From positions 1 to 36,716 of the forward strand of contig JBCCQY010000088.1 of assembly GCA_039208735.1 (NCBI GenBank): DNA of 36,716 nt, given 5' to 3'. The notes below the pieces were generated by a model that worked only from the letters and a program-made list of their open reading frames with translations, ran no database searches and was not told the origin of the DNA. Shown in pieces: positions 25,758-35,109 of this stretch. The DNA is from Myxococcota bacterium. GTDB lineage: Bacteria; Myxococcota_A; UBA796; GCA-2862545. Position numbers and translations under genes: made by a program. Each line of letters opens with the position of its first letter. Within the stretch, counting starts at the first letter, position 1.

Positions 25758-26484
25758 CATCCACCATCGCGCCGCCATTGACGGTGAGATCACCCGAGCC
25801 CGACAGGCGACCCGTCACGGTCCCCGACACGTTGATCGTCGCATCGCCGCTGCCCGAAAGTTCCACCGTGGCGTCGGTTGCGGTGAGGTTCCCCGCTTCG
25901 AGATCACCGGATGCGGACAGGTCAAGATCCAGAGCCGTCGTCATGCCCGACAAGGTGACATCGCCAGAGCCGGACTGAATCACCATCACGTCGTCAGCAT
26001 CCAGCCCCGACAACTGGACGTCCCCCGAGGCCGAACTATCGATGGCCACATCAAGGGCCTGGGGCAACGCGTCGACCGTGACCCCACCCGAGCCGGATGT
26101 CTCGACAGTCAGCGCGGCGGCCGCGGTCGACATCGCGGTGATGTCGCCGCTCGCCGTCGACACGATGCTTTCCAGATCATTGACCGTCAGCGTGGCGAAG
26201 CAGTCGGTCCGCGGTCGCATTTCCATGCCGATGGGCGTGTCGATCACAAGCACCCCGGACTGGTTCTCAATGCGGATGTTGTCGAGCAAGTTGTCATCGC
26301 AGGTCAGTTCACCGGCGATGGGGTCTCCCTGTTCGATGATGACGTCAACCTGATTGTCGAGCCGAAGACCAGAGAATGCGGTCAAGTCTAGGGTCTGCGT
26401 CGCAGCGACACCGCTGCCCACTTCACCGATAATGGTGCAACCAACCATGGGAACAACGACAAGCATCAAGGCGGTACGGAACAT
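25726..26484 (-). CDS. Head GIN domain (DUF2807) lipoprotein
   Basis: ATG 26484 (GGAG SD), MVGC lipobox, GSGVAATQTLDLTAFSGL, DDNLL, repeated SGSGD beta-helix units. Confidence 0.9.
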   Translation of the reverse strand: MFRTALMLVVVPMVGCTIIGEVGSGVAATQTLDLTAFSGLRLDNQVDVIIEQGDPIAGELTCDDNLLDNIRIENQSGVLVIDTPIGMEMRPRTDCFATLTVNDLESIVSTASGDITAMSTAAAALTVETSGSGGVTVDALPQALDVAIDSSASGDVQLSGLDADDVMVIQSGSGDVTLSGMTTALDLDLSASGDLEAGNLTATDATVELSGSGDATINVSGTVTGRLSGSGDLTVNGGAMVDVTTTGSGSVR

Positions 26485-26617
26485 GGGGACTCTCCACAGG
26501 GTGCCAATCACTCGACACCAGTGCCCCCTAGCGGTGTCACCCCCCGTCCGCGATTCCGGGTTGACGGGTGTTGGTGAAGCGTTACGTCCTGCGTGTCAGC
26601 TCGCGGGCTGATGGTGA

Positions 26618-26691
<74 letters not shown>

Positions 26692-26701
26692 CTCCTTTTC
26701 C

Positions 26702-26774
26702 GGGGGCGTAGCTCAGTTGGGAGAGCACCCGCTTTGCAAGCGGGCGGTCGTCGGTTCGAATCCGTCCGCCTCCA
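26702..26774 (+). tRNA. tRNA-Ala (TGC)
   Basis: Acceptor GGGGGCG/CGCCTCC with G3-U70, anticodon arm CCCGC-TTTGCAA-GCGGG, T loop TTCGAAT. CCA not encoded. Confidence 0.97.
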
Positions 26775-26815
26775 CTTATTGGGGTCTTGCACCCCTCCTC
26801 GCGACCATCACCTGG

Positions 26816-28531
26816 ATGGTGGCTTGTTCATGGCCTGCGGCCGGAGCGCCTCCCACGTTGGATGAGGCGCTTGTCGCCCAACGGGCTGCGCTGCACGAAG
26901 CCGAAGCGAAGGTCCTCGCAGAGCGGCTCGAGACCGCCCTGGCGGCCGAAGATTGGTTTGGGGCCGCGCAGGCGGTGGCTGCGGGATACTCGTGGGCGCC
27001 CGATCGGTTCTCCGCACCGGTAGAGACGCTGCTCGATCGATTGCCTCCGGCCACCGGCGCCGAACTGGCCCGCATCGTCGGGCAGGACCGTCGCGCGGAG
27101 GAACGCGCCGCCACCGCTCGCGCCCATGCGTTGGCCGAACGCTACGCCGCCAAGGTCACCCCCGACGCGCTGCAGGGCGTAACCCAGCCTCTCGGCCAAG
27201 CGGTGATCGACGCGGTCCGCGAAACCTACGTCGACCCCGTCGATGAAGGGGTCTGGTTTACCGCTGCACGTGCCCGTCTCGATGCCATCGCTGGCCACTA
27301 CGGGGTCACCGTGAAGCCCATCCGCTGGTCGGGAATTGGCCCCTACAGCACGTTGTGGCAAGCCGGCATCGACGCTGGCATTCCCGAATCCGTGGTGGTG
27401 GGCGAGACCACCAATGCGGCACTTTCCGCGCTCGATGCCTGGTCAAGGCCGGTGTGGCCCGCCGAAATCACGGCGTGGACGCAGGGTCACGACGGTATCC
27501 AAGTCGGAGTGGGCGTGCAGATCTTCGACCACGACGGAGCGGTGGTGGTGGGGTACCCCGTGCTCGGAAGTGCGGCGTGGGACGCAGGCGTTCGACAGGA
27601 TGATGTCATCGTCGCTGTCGGCGGCGTACGTACGTCCGCAATGGCCAAGCCTACGATCGATGCCGTAGTGGAGGCACTCCACGGCCCGCCGGATACGCCC
27701 GTCGCGGTCACCTTCGCCCGAGAGGGCGTCGAGCGGACCGAGACGTTGACGCGCCGGTCGGTCCAGGCCGAGACGGTCGTGGGCTTCGACCGGGGGCCCG
27801 ACAATCGCTGGCGAACGTGGATCGACGCACGCCGCGGCATCGCGTACGTGCGCATCCTGGCCCTGCGCCCCCACACCGACGAAGCGTTCGACGCGCTCCT
27901 CGAAGGGGTGAAGCCCAAGGCAATGGTTATCGACCTTCGCGGCAACGGGGGCGGCGATCTCAACGCGACCATCAACCTCGCCGACCGTTTCCTGGCTGAC
28001 GGTGTGGTCGCCGAGCTTACAGGTCGCACGGCGACCGACCCCGTTCCCCAAGACGGCGAAGTCGCCTGGAACGCGGCGGTCCCCGGCCATTCCTTCGAGG
28101 GGTTGGCTAAAGGCCGAAAGCCCCGCTTGGCCGTGGTCATCGATGAGGGAACGGCCTCTGCCGCCGAACTGTTGGCGGGCGTATTGAAGGCGCGTGCCAA
28201 CGCCGTGGTCGTCGGAGCGAAGAGCTTTGGCAAAGTGGCCACGCAAGTCCTGGGTTCTCACGACACCTTGCCCGTGGCCTGGCAAATCACCAAAGCCCAG
28301 CTCACCGTGCCCGGCCAGGCCCCGCTCACCGAGGGGCTCATGCCCGACCACGTGGTGACGCTGTCCCCGGCCGAAGGCGTGCTCGTCGACACGTTGCTCG
28401 CGAAGCGCGAACACCTGCGGGCCCACGCCGATGGCACCCCAATCCGGTACACCGGGCCCGAATCGGACGGAACGCTGCCGCCCCTCGATCGAGACCCCCA
28501 GCTCGCGATGGCCCTTAGCGCCCTACGGTGA
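26816..28531 (+). CDS. S41 carboxyl-terminal processing protease with PDZ domain
   Basis: LSALDAWS, GVGVQI, AGVRQDDVIVAVGG (PDZ), IDLRGNGGG, TASAAELLAG (Ser), KSFGK (Lys), DPQL. Start uncertain; ATG 26816 is the first canonical start after the tRNA. Confidence 0.88.
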   Translation: MVACSWPAAGAPPTLDEALVAQRAALHEAEAKVLAERLETALAAEDWFGAAQAVAAGYSWAPDRFSAPVETLLDRLPPATGAELARIVGQDRRAEERAATARAHALAERYAAKVTPDALQGVTQPLGQAVIDAVRETYVDPVDEGVWFTAARARLDAIAGHYGVTVKPIRWSGIGPYSTLWQAGIDAGIPESVVVGETTNAALSALDAWSRPVWPAEITAWTQGHDGIQVGVGVQIFDHDGAVVVGYPVLGSAAWDAGVRQDDVIVAVGGVRTSAMAKPTIDAVVEALHGPPDTPVAVTFAREGVERTETLTRRSVQAETVVGFDRGPDNRWRTWIDARRGIAYVRILALRPHTDEAFDALLEGVKPKAMVIDLRGNGGGDLNATINLADRFLADGVVAELTGRTATDPVPQDGEVAWNAAVPGHSFEGLAKGRKPRLAVVIDEGTASAAELLAGVLKARANAVVVGAKSFGKVATQVLGSHDTLPVAWQITKAQLTVPGQAPLTEGLMPDHVVTLSPAEGVLVDTLLAKREHLRAHADGTPIRYTGPESDGTLPPLDRDPQLAMALSALR

Positions 28532-29087
28532 GCTTTGGCCTTAGCGCCTGCCACGCTCGGGTTCGAGAGTGCCACGCCGTTCGCACCTCGGCGGGCAACA
28601 CCGGCATGGGGTGTTCCAAGCCATCGGGGGCAAAGACAGGCTCAAAGCCCGGCCCCGGCGCCTTGGGCCGGACGATACGCCCTGGGACTTCGCCAAGGGC
28701 CACGATCGTGGCGCCCTGCGGGTCCGCCCACGCCAGTCCGCAGCGATAGATCGCAGGACTCCCTAAGGCCCGGCGCACCACTTCGTCGCAGGCCGCTTCA
28801 AAGCCTCCCCGCTCCTCGGCCCACCGACGGGTGAACAACCCTGGGGCACCGCCCAGAGCCTCAATGGCGATGCCGTTGTCATCGCCAATCGCCGGCTGGC
28901 CAGTCCGCAACGCAGCGGCTCGAGCCTTGATGGCGGCGTTTTCTTCGTAGGTCTCCGCGTCTTCTTCGGGACTTGGACCGTCGTAGGGCAACGGCACCCA
29001 GTCCGTCCCTGCGAGGAGCGCTTGCCAGTCTCGGAACTTGTCGCGATTGCTTGTGGCAATCAGGATCGGACGGGGTTTACTGCCCAT
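28515..29087 (-). CDS. RdgB/HAM1-family NTP pyrophosphatase (divergent)
   Basis: IATSNRDK, EEDAETYEENAAIKA, DDNGIAIEALGGAPG. FGYDP and SHR motifs are altered (PGFEP, HSR). 11-nt overlap with folE. Confidence 0.88.
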   Translation of the reverse strand: MGSKPRPILIATSNRDKFRDWQALLAGTDWVPLPYDGPSPEEDAETYEENAAIKARAAALRTGQPAIGDDNGIAIEALGGAPGLFTRRWAEERGGFEAACDEVVRRALGSPAIYRCGLAWADPQGATIVALGEVPGRIVRPKAPGPGFEPVFAPDGLEHPMPVLPAEVRTAWHSRTRAWQALRPKLTVGR

Positions 29088-29652
29088 TGCGCACGATGGA
29101 GAGGAATTCGCGTCGCGTAGCGGGGTCGTCGCGGAAGGCGCCGAGCAGGCAGCTGGTGACCATCCTTACGCCGGTCTTGCGCACGCCTCGTGAGGTCATG
29201 CACATGTGAGTGGCCTCCATGATGACCCCAACGCCAAGCGGCTTCAGCTCTTCCTGAATGACCTCTGCGACCTGCCGCGTGAGCTTCTCCTGGATTTGCA
29301 GGCGATGGGCGTAGGCATCCAGCACGCGCGCCAGCTTACTGATGCCCACGACGCGCTGGTTGGGGAGGTAGCCAATGTGGGCCACGCCGGTGAACGGCAC
29401 CATGTGGTGTTCACAATGACTCTCGAGCGGAATGTCCCGCAGCACGACGATCTGGTCGTAGCCATCGGTTTCCTCGAACGTTCGTGAAAGATGAGCGCGC
29501 GCGTCCTGCCGGTACCCTTCAAAGAACTCTCCATAGGCATCCACCACGCGCCGTGGAGTGTCGATCACCCCCTCTCGGTCAGGATCGTCCCCTGCCCATT
29601 CGATCAATGTGCGCACGGCCTGCATGGCCTCTTCTCTCGAAATCTTGCCCAT
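29077..29652 (-). CDS. folE: GTP cyclohydrolase I
   Basis: DPDREGVIDTPRRV, SHCEHHMVPF, GISKLAR, RLQIQEKLT, HMCMTSRGV. Confidence 0.97.
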   Translation of the reverse strand: MGKISREEAMQAVRTLIEWAGDDPDREGVIDTPRRVVDAYGEFFEGYRQDARAHLSRTFEETDGYDQIVVLRDIPLESHCEHHMVPFTGVAHIGYLPNQRVVGISKLARVLDAYAHRLQIQEKLTRQVAEVIQEELKPLGVGVIMEATHMCMTSRGVRKTGVRMVTSCLLGAFRDDPATRREFLSIVRNGQ

Positions 29653-29741
29653 CGTTTCCTCGGTGACCGACGGTCCGTATCCCCCAAGGGTCGTCTTGCA
29701 GATTCGGCGAAGGTGCTACACGAGGGCAAGGAGGTGCGTCG

Positions 29742-32225
29742 ATGGATGCTGCACTTGTTCGAGGGGTCAACGATAGGACCGGCCTCGACCCCGATACCCT
29801 GCGTCGCGCGGTGCTCGAACACCTGCGCTATACCCAAGCAAAGGACATGGCGTCGGCAACGCGCCGGGACGTCTACATGGCGGTGGCACACGCCGTCCGG
29901 GACCGCCTCGTCCATCGCTGGATCACCACGCAACACCAGTACCGCGAAGAGGACGTCAAGCGCGTCTACTACCTGTCTGCGGAATACCTGCTAGGGCGTC
30001 AGCTGGGCGCAAACCTCCATAATCTGGGGATCTACGAGCTCGCGCAGGAAGCGTTCAAGGAGTTCAATCTCGACCTCGAAGACATCATCGAAGAGGAAGA
30101 GGACCCGGGCCTTGGCAACGGTGGACTGGGGCGCCTCGCCGCCTGCTTCATGGACTCCCTGGCCACGCTCGACTACCCCGCCGTGGGCTACGGCATTCGC
30201 TACGAGTTCGGCATCTTTCGGCAAGAGATCAACAACGGGTGGCAGGACGAGCAGCCTGACGAATGGCTGAAGCGAGGCAATCCCTGGGAGCTGCCACGCC
30301 CCGAGCGCAGTGTACGGGTGCCGTTTGGGGGCCACGTCGAGCACTCGGTCGATGACAGCGGCCGTTTCCGAGCCCGCTGGATTGAGGATTACCATGTGCT
30401 GGGCGTGCCCTACGACACGCCGGTGGCGGGCTATGGCACGCCGACGGTGAACAACCTCCGGTTGTGGTCCGCTCGCGCCTCCGAGCAGTTCGATCTCGAG
30501 GTGTTCAACGACGGTGATTACCGTCGGGCGGTCGAGAGCAAGGCGCTACACGAGTCGATCTCGAAGGTTCTCTACCCGAAGGACACGTCCGTCGAGGGCC
30601 GGGAACTCCGCCTCAAGCAGCAGTACTTCTTCGTCGCGTGCTCGCTGCACGACATCCTTCGCCGCTACAAGAAGACCCACGACACGCTCGAGAATTTCCC
30701 GAACAAGGTCGCCATCCAGCTCAACGACACTCACCCGGCCATCACGATCGCTGAGATGATGCGGGTGTTCGTGGACCGCGAGCAGTTGTCGTGGGACCAG
30801 GCCTGGGATCTCACCCAGCGCACCTGCGCCTACACGAACCACACCCTGCTCCCCGAAGCGCTCGAAAAGTGGCCTCTGCCATTGTTCGCTCGGGTCCTGC
30901 CCCGGCACCTCGAGATCATTCGCGAGATCGACCGCCGGTTCCTCCAGGAAGTGCATGTGTGGAGCGGAGGCGACGAGCGGGCGCTCAAGCGCATGTCGAT
31001 CATCGACGACGACCACGGCCACATCCGCATGGCGCACCTCTCGACGGTGGGCAGCCACACCGTCAACGGCGTTGCCGAACTGCACAGCCAGCTGCTTCGT
31101 GACCGTGTGCTCGTGGATTTCGCCCGCCTTTACCCAAAGCGGTTCGGCAACCAGACCAACGGGGTGACCCCACGCCGCTGGTTGCTCCAGTGCAACCCCG
31201 GTCTTTCCGCCGAGATCACCAAACGGATCGGTGAAGGGTGGGTAACCGAGCTGGGACGGCTTTCGGAACTGGGCGCACATCGCAACGACGCCGCCTACAT
31301 CGACACCCTCCGCACCATCAAACGGGCCAACAAGGTCTCGCTGTGTGACCACGTCGCGCGTAAGCATGGCGTAAAGCTCGACCCCGACGCGATGCTCGAC
31401 GTCCACATCAAGCGGATTCACGAATACAAGCGGCAGCTCATGTGCTGCATGCACGCGATTTGGCTCTACCACCAGATCCGCTTCGAAGGCCGGAACATCG
31501 TACCTCGCACCATCGTGGTCGGGGGCAAAGCGGCTCCCGGCTACGCCGAAGCCAAAAAGCACATCAAGCTCATCAATGACGTGAGCGACCACCTCGCCGC
31601 GGACCCAGCGGTTCGGGGTCAGCTGCAGCTCTGGTTCCTGCCCAACTACAACATCTCGATGGCGGAACATGTCATTCCGGCGGCAGACCTCTCCGAGCAG
31701 ATCTCGCTCGCCGGAAAGGAAGCCAGTGGCACCGGCAACATGAAGTTCATGATGAACGGCGCCTTGACGATCGGCACGCTCGACGGGGCCAACATCGAAA
31801 TCCGCGAAGAGGCGGGCGCCGAAAACTTCTTCCTGTTCGGCATGGACGTGCAAGAGGTCAACGCACGGCTGTCGGCCGGCTACGACCCGGGACACGTCGT
31901 TGCGAACAGCCCTCGCTTGCCCACCATCCTGCGCAGCCTCGAAGAAGGCCTCTTCAACCGCGAAGAACGCGACTTGCACCGGCAGATTGCCAACTACCTT
32001 CGCTATTCCGATCCCTTCATGGTTTGTGCCGACTTCGACGCCTACTGCGATGTCCAGGAGCAGGTCGCCGCGACGTACGCCGATCCGACCCAGTGGTGGC
32101 CCAAGGTCGCCCGCAACATCGAGTCGGCGGGCAAGTTCTCGAGCGACCGCACCATCCGCGGCTACGCCACCGAGATCTGGGGCCTCGATGCCGTGGGCAT
32201 CCGCATGGACCAAGCCCGTCCCTGA
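29742..32225 (+). CDS. glgP: Glycogen/alpha-glucan phosphorylase
   Basis: YYLSAEYL, GLGNGGLGRLAACF, LNDTHP, YTNHT, KRIHEYKRQ, PLP site EASGTGNMK, FSSDRTI. AAGGAGG SD. Confidence 0.97.
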   Translation: MDAALVRGVNDRTGLDPDTLRRAVLEHLRYTQAKDMASATRRDVYMAVAHAVRDRLVHRWITTQHQYREEDVKRVYYLSAEYLLGRQLGANLHNLGIYELAQEAFKEFNLDLEDIIEEEEDPGLGNGGLGRLAACFMDSLATLDYPAVGYGIRYEFGIFRQEINNGWQDEQPDEWLKRGNPWELPRPERSVRVPFGGHVEHSVDDSGRFRARWIEDYHVLGVPYDTPVAGYGTPTVNNLRLWSARASEQFDLEVFNDGDYRRAVESKALHESISKVLYPKDTSVEGRELRLKQQYFFVACSLHDILRRYKKTHDTLENFPNKVAIQLNDTHPAITIAEMMRVFVDREQLSWDQAWDLTQRTCAYTNHTLLPEALEKWPLPLFARVLPRHLEIIREIDRRFLQEVHVWSGGDERALKRMSIIDDDHGHIRMAHLSTVGSHTVNGVAELHSQLLRDRVLVDFARLYPKRFGNQTNGVTPRRWLLQCNPGLSAEITKRIGEGWVTELGRLSELGAHRNDAAYIDTLRTIKRANKVSLCDHVARKHGVKLDPDAMLDVHIKRIHEYKRQLMCCMHAIWLYHQIRFEGRNIVPRTIVVGGKAAPGYAEAKKHIKLINDVSDHLAADPAVRGQLQLWFLPNYNISMAEHVIPAADLSEQISLAGKEASGTGNMKFMMNGALTIGTLDGANIEIREEAGAENFFLFGMDVQEVNARLSAGYDPGHVVANSPRLPTILRSLEEGLFNREERDLHRQIANYLRYSDPFMVCADFDAYCDVQEQVAATYADPTQWWPKVARNIESAGKFSSDRTIRGYATEIWGLDAVGIRMDQARP

Positions 32226-32256
32226 CATGGCGTAGTGGCGGGGCTACGGGGGCTGC

Positions 32257-33120
32257 ATGCGACCCGTACTCGCCAGATTGGTCGAGCTGTTGCAGCTCGA
32301 ACGCCTTGAACAGCATCTCTTCCGAGGTCAAAGCCAAGACCTCGGCTGGGGCGCCATCTATGGTGGCCAAGCCCTTGCGCAGGCCTTGTCCGCTGCCGCC
32401 CAGACCGTGGAAGGTCCCCGCTTCGTGCATTCCTTGCACGGCTACTTCCTTCGCCAGGGCGATGCGTCGCGACCCGTGATCTACGAGGTCGACCCGATTC
32501 GCGACGGACGCTCCTTTACGACCCGCCGGGTGGTGGGCATTCAGGGAGGCCGGGCAATTTTCAACCTTTCGGCCTCGTTCCAGATTCGCGAAGCCGGCTA
32601 CAACCATCAGGCCGACCTCGACCTATCGACCATTCCTGGTCCGAACGGGTTGCTCGCTGAGCATGAGTTTGCGCGGCGGATCGTCGACCAGATCCCAGAG
32701 CCGTTGCGGAAGCGAGCCGTCGCCGAGCGGCCGATCGAGGCCCGGGTCGTGCGACCGGGCAACCCGTACCAGCCCGAGCCCACCGAGCCCGTCAAGCAGG
32801 TGTGGTACCGGGCGATCGATCCCCTATCCGATGACGAGCAGCTTCATCGCGCGCTCCTCACCTATACGTCCGACTTCCACTTTCTGACCACGGCCCTCAA
32901 TCCACACGGCAAATCCTGGCTCATCTCGAACATCCAAATCGCGAGCCTCGACCATGCCATGTGGTTCCATCGCCCATTTCGCATGGATGAATGGCTGCTT
33001 CACGTGATTGAAAGCCCTTCGGCGAGCGGGGCACGAGGGCTTGTGGTGGGTCGCTTCTACGACCAACAGGGACGCCTCGTGGCCTCGACAGCCCAGGAAG
33101 GACTCATCCGGCAGCGCTAA
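32257..33120 (+). CDS. tesB: Acyl-CoA thioesterase II
   Basis: YGGQALAQAL, HSLHGYFLR, RDGRSFTTRRV, YTSD, ASLDHAMWFHRPF, STAQEG. Confidence 0.95.
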   Translation: MRPVLARLVELLQLERLEQHLFRGQSQDLGWGAIYGGQALAQALSAAAQTVEGPRFVHSLHGYFLRQGDASRPVIYEVDPIRDGRSFTTRRVVGIQGGRAIFNLSASFQIREAGYNHQADLDLSTIPGPNGLLAEHEFARRIVDQIPEPLRKRAVAERPIEARVVRPGNPYQPEPTEPVKQVWYRAIDPLSDDEQLHRALLTYTSDFHFLTTALNPHGKSWLISNIQIASLDHAMWFHRPFRMDEWLLHVIESPSASGARGLVVGRFYDQQGRLVASTAQEGLIRQR

Positions 33121-33967
33121 ACGCCCGGGCCAACGTTCGCATGCCGTCTTCGAGGGGCACGGAAACCCGCCAGTCGAGGGTCGCTTCCGCCCGGGCGGGG
33201 TCCCCCAAAAAGCGCGTCACATCGTAGCTTCGTCCGGGCGCCTCCATCGTCTGCCCTCGCCCCGCGATGGCGATGGCCAGCCGCGCGAGTTCGCCAAGCG
33301 ATACCGCCTGCCCCGAAACCAGGTGGAGCACGGGAACCGACGCTCCGGCCGTAAGGCGTCCCACGAGCCGGCGGAGGGCAAGCGTGACGTCGGAGAGGTG
33401 CGTAAAGTCGAACGCGCGCGACGACCCCTCGACCCGAAGCGTTCCGCCGGCCAACGCTCCTCGTACGAATGCGGGCACGACCCGATCCGCGTGATCCGCC
33501 GGATCGCCGTAGACCCCCGACAACCGCACCACAGCACCCCGTTCTCCGAGTTGTCCGACGAGGTCTTCTCCGGCGACCTTGCTCCGGGCGTAGACGTTGA
33601 GGGGCCGCAACGGCGCATCTTCGGCCACCGGCGTGGACACCGGCTCGCCGTAAACCTCACGGCTGCTTGTGAACAGCACGAAGGGACGCTGGGGCGACGT
33701 CGCGGCAAGTTCCACCACGTTGCGCGTACCTTCTACGTTGGTGGTCCAACACCGCTCGGGATCGTCCTCGCCCCAAACCACCCGACTCACCGCAGCCAGG
33801 TGCACGACCCCTTCGCATCCGGCCATGGCGGATCGCAACGCCGGGCGATCGAGGATGTCGTTTCCGTCGATGAGGTCGAAAGCCCGAACCTCATGGCCCT
33901 CGGCCCAAAGGCGTTGGGCCAACGCGCGCCCCACCAGGCCCGCACTACCCGTGACCAGCAGCTTCAA
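33104..33967 (-). CDS. NAD-dependent epimerase/dehydratase (extended SDR)
   Basis: VTGSAGLVG, VVHLAA, SSREVYG, YARSK, DFTHLSD. TTG 33967 overlaps the pyrB stop (TTGA); GTG 33979 is an alternative. Confidence 0.92.
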   Translation of the reverse strand: MKLLVTGSAGLVGRALAQRLWAEGHEVRAFDLIDGNDILDRPALRSAMAGCEGVVHLAAVSRVVWGEDDPERCWTTNVEGTRNVVELAATSPQRPFVLFTSSREVYGEPVSTPVAEDAPLRPLNVYARSKVAGEDLVGQLGERGAVVRLSGVYGDPADHADRVVPAFVRGALAGGTLRVEGSSRAFDFTHLSDVTLALRRLVGRLTAGASVPVLHLVSGQAVSLGELARLAIAIAGRGQTMEAPGRSYDVTRFLGDPARAEATLDWRVSVPLEDGMRTLARAFSAAG

Positions 33968-34986
33968 CCCAGCATCCACGCCAGTAGCGCCGCCCGAACC
34001 CAGCGGCCCGCGTCCACCTGGGCCCAGATCAAATTGTAAGGATGATCATCCCAAGCTTCCGGCAGTTCATTGACCCGGGGCAAGGGGTGCATCAGACGGA
34101 CATCTTCGCGGAACAGATCCCGGTAGCGGGGACGAAGGATGAACCTCGGATCGGCGCCGAGGGGAGCCGCCTCGAGCGAGGGGTCGTCCCACTCTTGTTG
34201 GCTTCGAGTCATGTACACGACATCGAAGGAACGGCCCTTTTCACGCAGGACGGACTCGAGGTCATCGTGAACGGTGACGTGTGCTCCTTGAGCCCGCCAG
34301 CGCGCGATCAACGCGCCGTCGGCACGATGCGTCGCTGGGGAAACGAGATCGAGCCGCGTGCCTTCGAATCGGGCCATCAGCGTGGCAAAACCGCGAGCTG
34401 TCCGATTGCGATCGAGGTCGCTCACCACAAGCGCCCGTCGTCCGGTCAGGTCCCCGAGGCTCTCTTTGAGTGCGAGCCCGTCCAACAACGCTTGGGTGGG
34501 GTGTTCGAATGCACCAGTCCCGGCCGACACCAGCACCATCGATGCGGGACCCCGATGCAGCCCATGGGCAGCTTGCCAAGCAAACTCAGGGTCGCTGTGA
34601 CGTACCACCACAGCATCAAAGACGTGGGCGAACACCTGGATGGCATCGGCCACGGATTCGCCCTTGACCAGGGAGGTCGAGGTCAGGTCGCTCACCACGC
34701 GCGCGGTGGCTCCCAACAACTCGGTTGCCGCCACGAATGACTCGCAGGTCCGGGTGGAGGGCTGGGCGAACAAATGCAGCACGCGACGACCGGGCAAGCG
34801 CGACCGACAGGCCAATGGATCGGCGCGCACGGCGTCTCGAATCGCCACCGCCTCGGCCCAGACCTGCTCAAGATCGTTGGGTTCGAACTGATCGGTGGTG
34901 AGCACAAAGCGGGGTCGATCGCCATCGAACAACAACGTGCGTGCGTCTGGTCCGGTGATCGCGTTGCGAAATGCCGCCTGGTCCAT
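33964..34986 (-). CDS. pyrB: Aspartate carbamoyltransferase catalytic chain (divergent)
   Basis: ATG 34986 (GGAGG SD). PSTRT, KGES, VRH, HPTQALLD, YMTRSQ, MHPLPR. Confidence 0.85.
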   Translation of the reverse strand: MDQAAFRNAITGPDARTLLFDGDRPRFVLTTDQFEPNDLEQVWAEAVAIRDAVRADPLACRSRLPGRRVLHLFAQPSTRTCESFVAATELLGATARVVSDLTSTSLVKGESVADAIQVFAHVFDAVVVRHSDPEFAWQAAHGLHRGPASMVLVSAGTGAFEHPTQALLDGLALKESLGDLTGRRALVVSDLDRNRTARGFATLMARFEGTRLDLVSPATHRADGALIARWRAQGAHVTVHDDLESVLREKGRSFDVVYMTRSQQEWDDPSLEAAPLGADPRFILRPRYRDLFREDVRLMHPLPRVNELPEAWDDHPYNLIWAQVDAGRWVRAALLAWMLG

Positions 34987-35109
34987 GGTGCCTCCGCGTG
35001 CAGCATACTCGCGGAGGCGGTCGAAACCGGGTACGGAGCCAGGGACGCGAAGGGCACCGAAGCGGGTTGGGGTCGGCCTCTCGGGCCTCGCGAACGCGGG
35101 AGCAGGACC

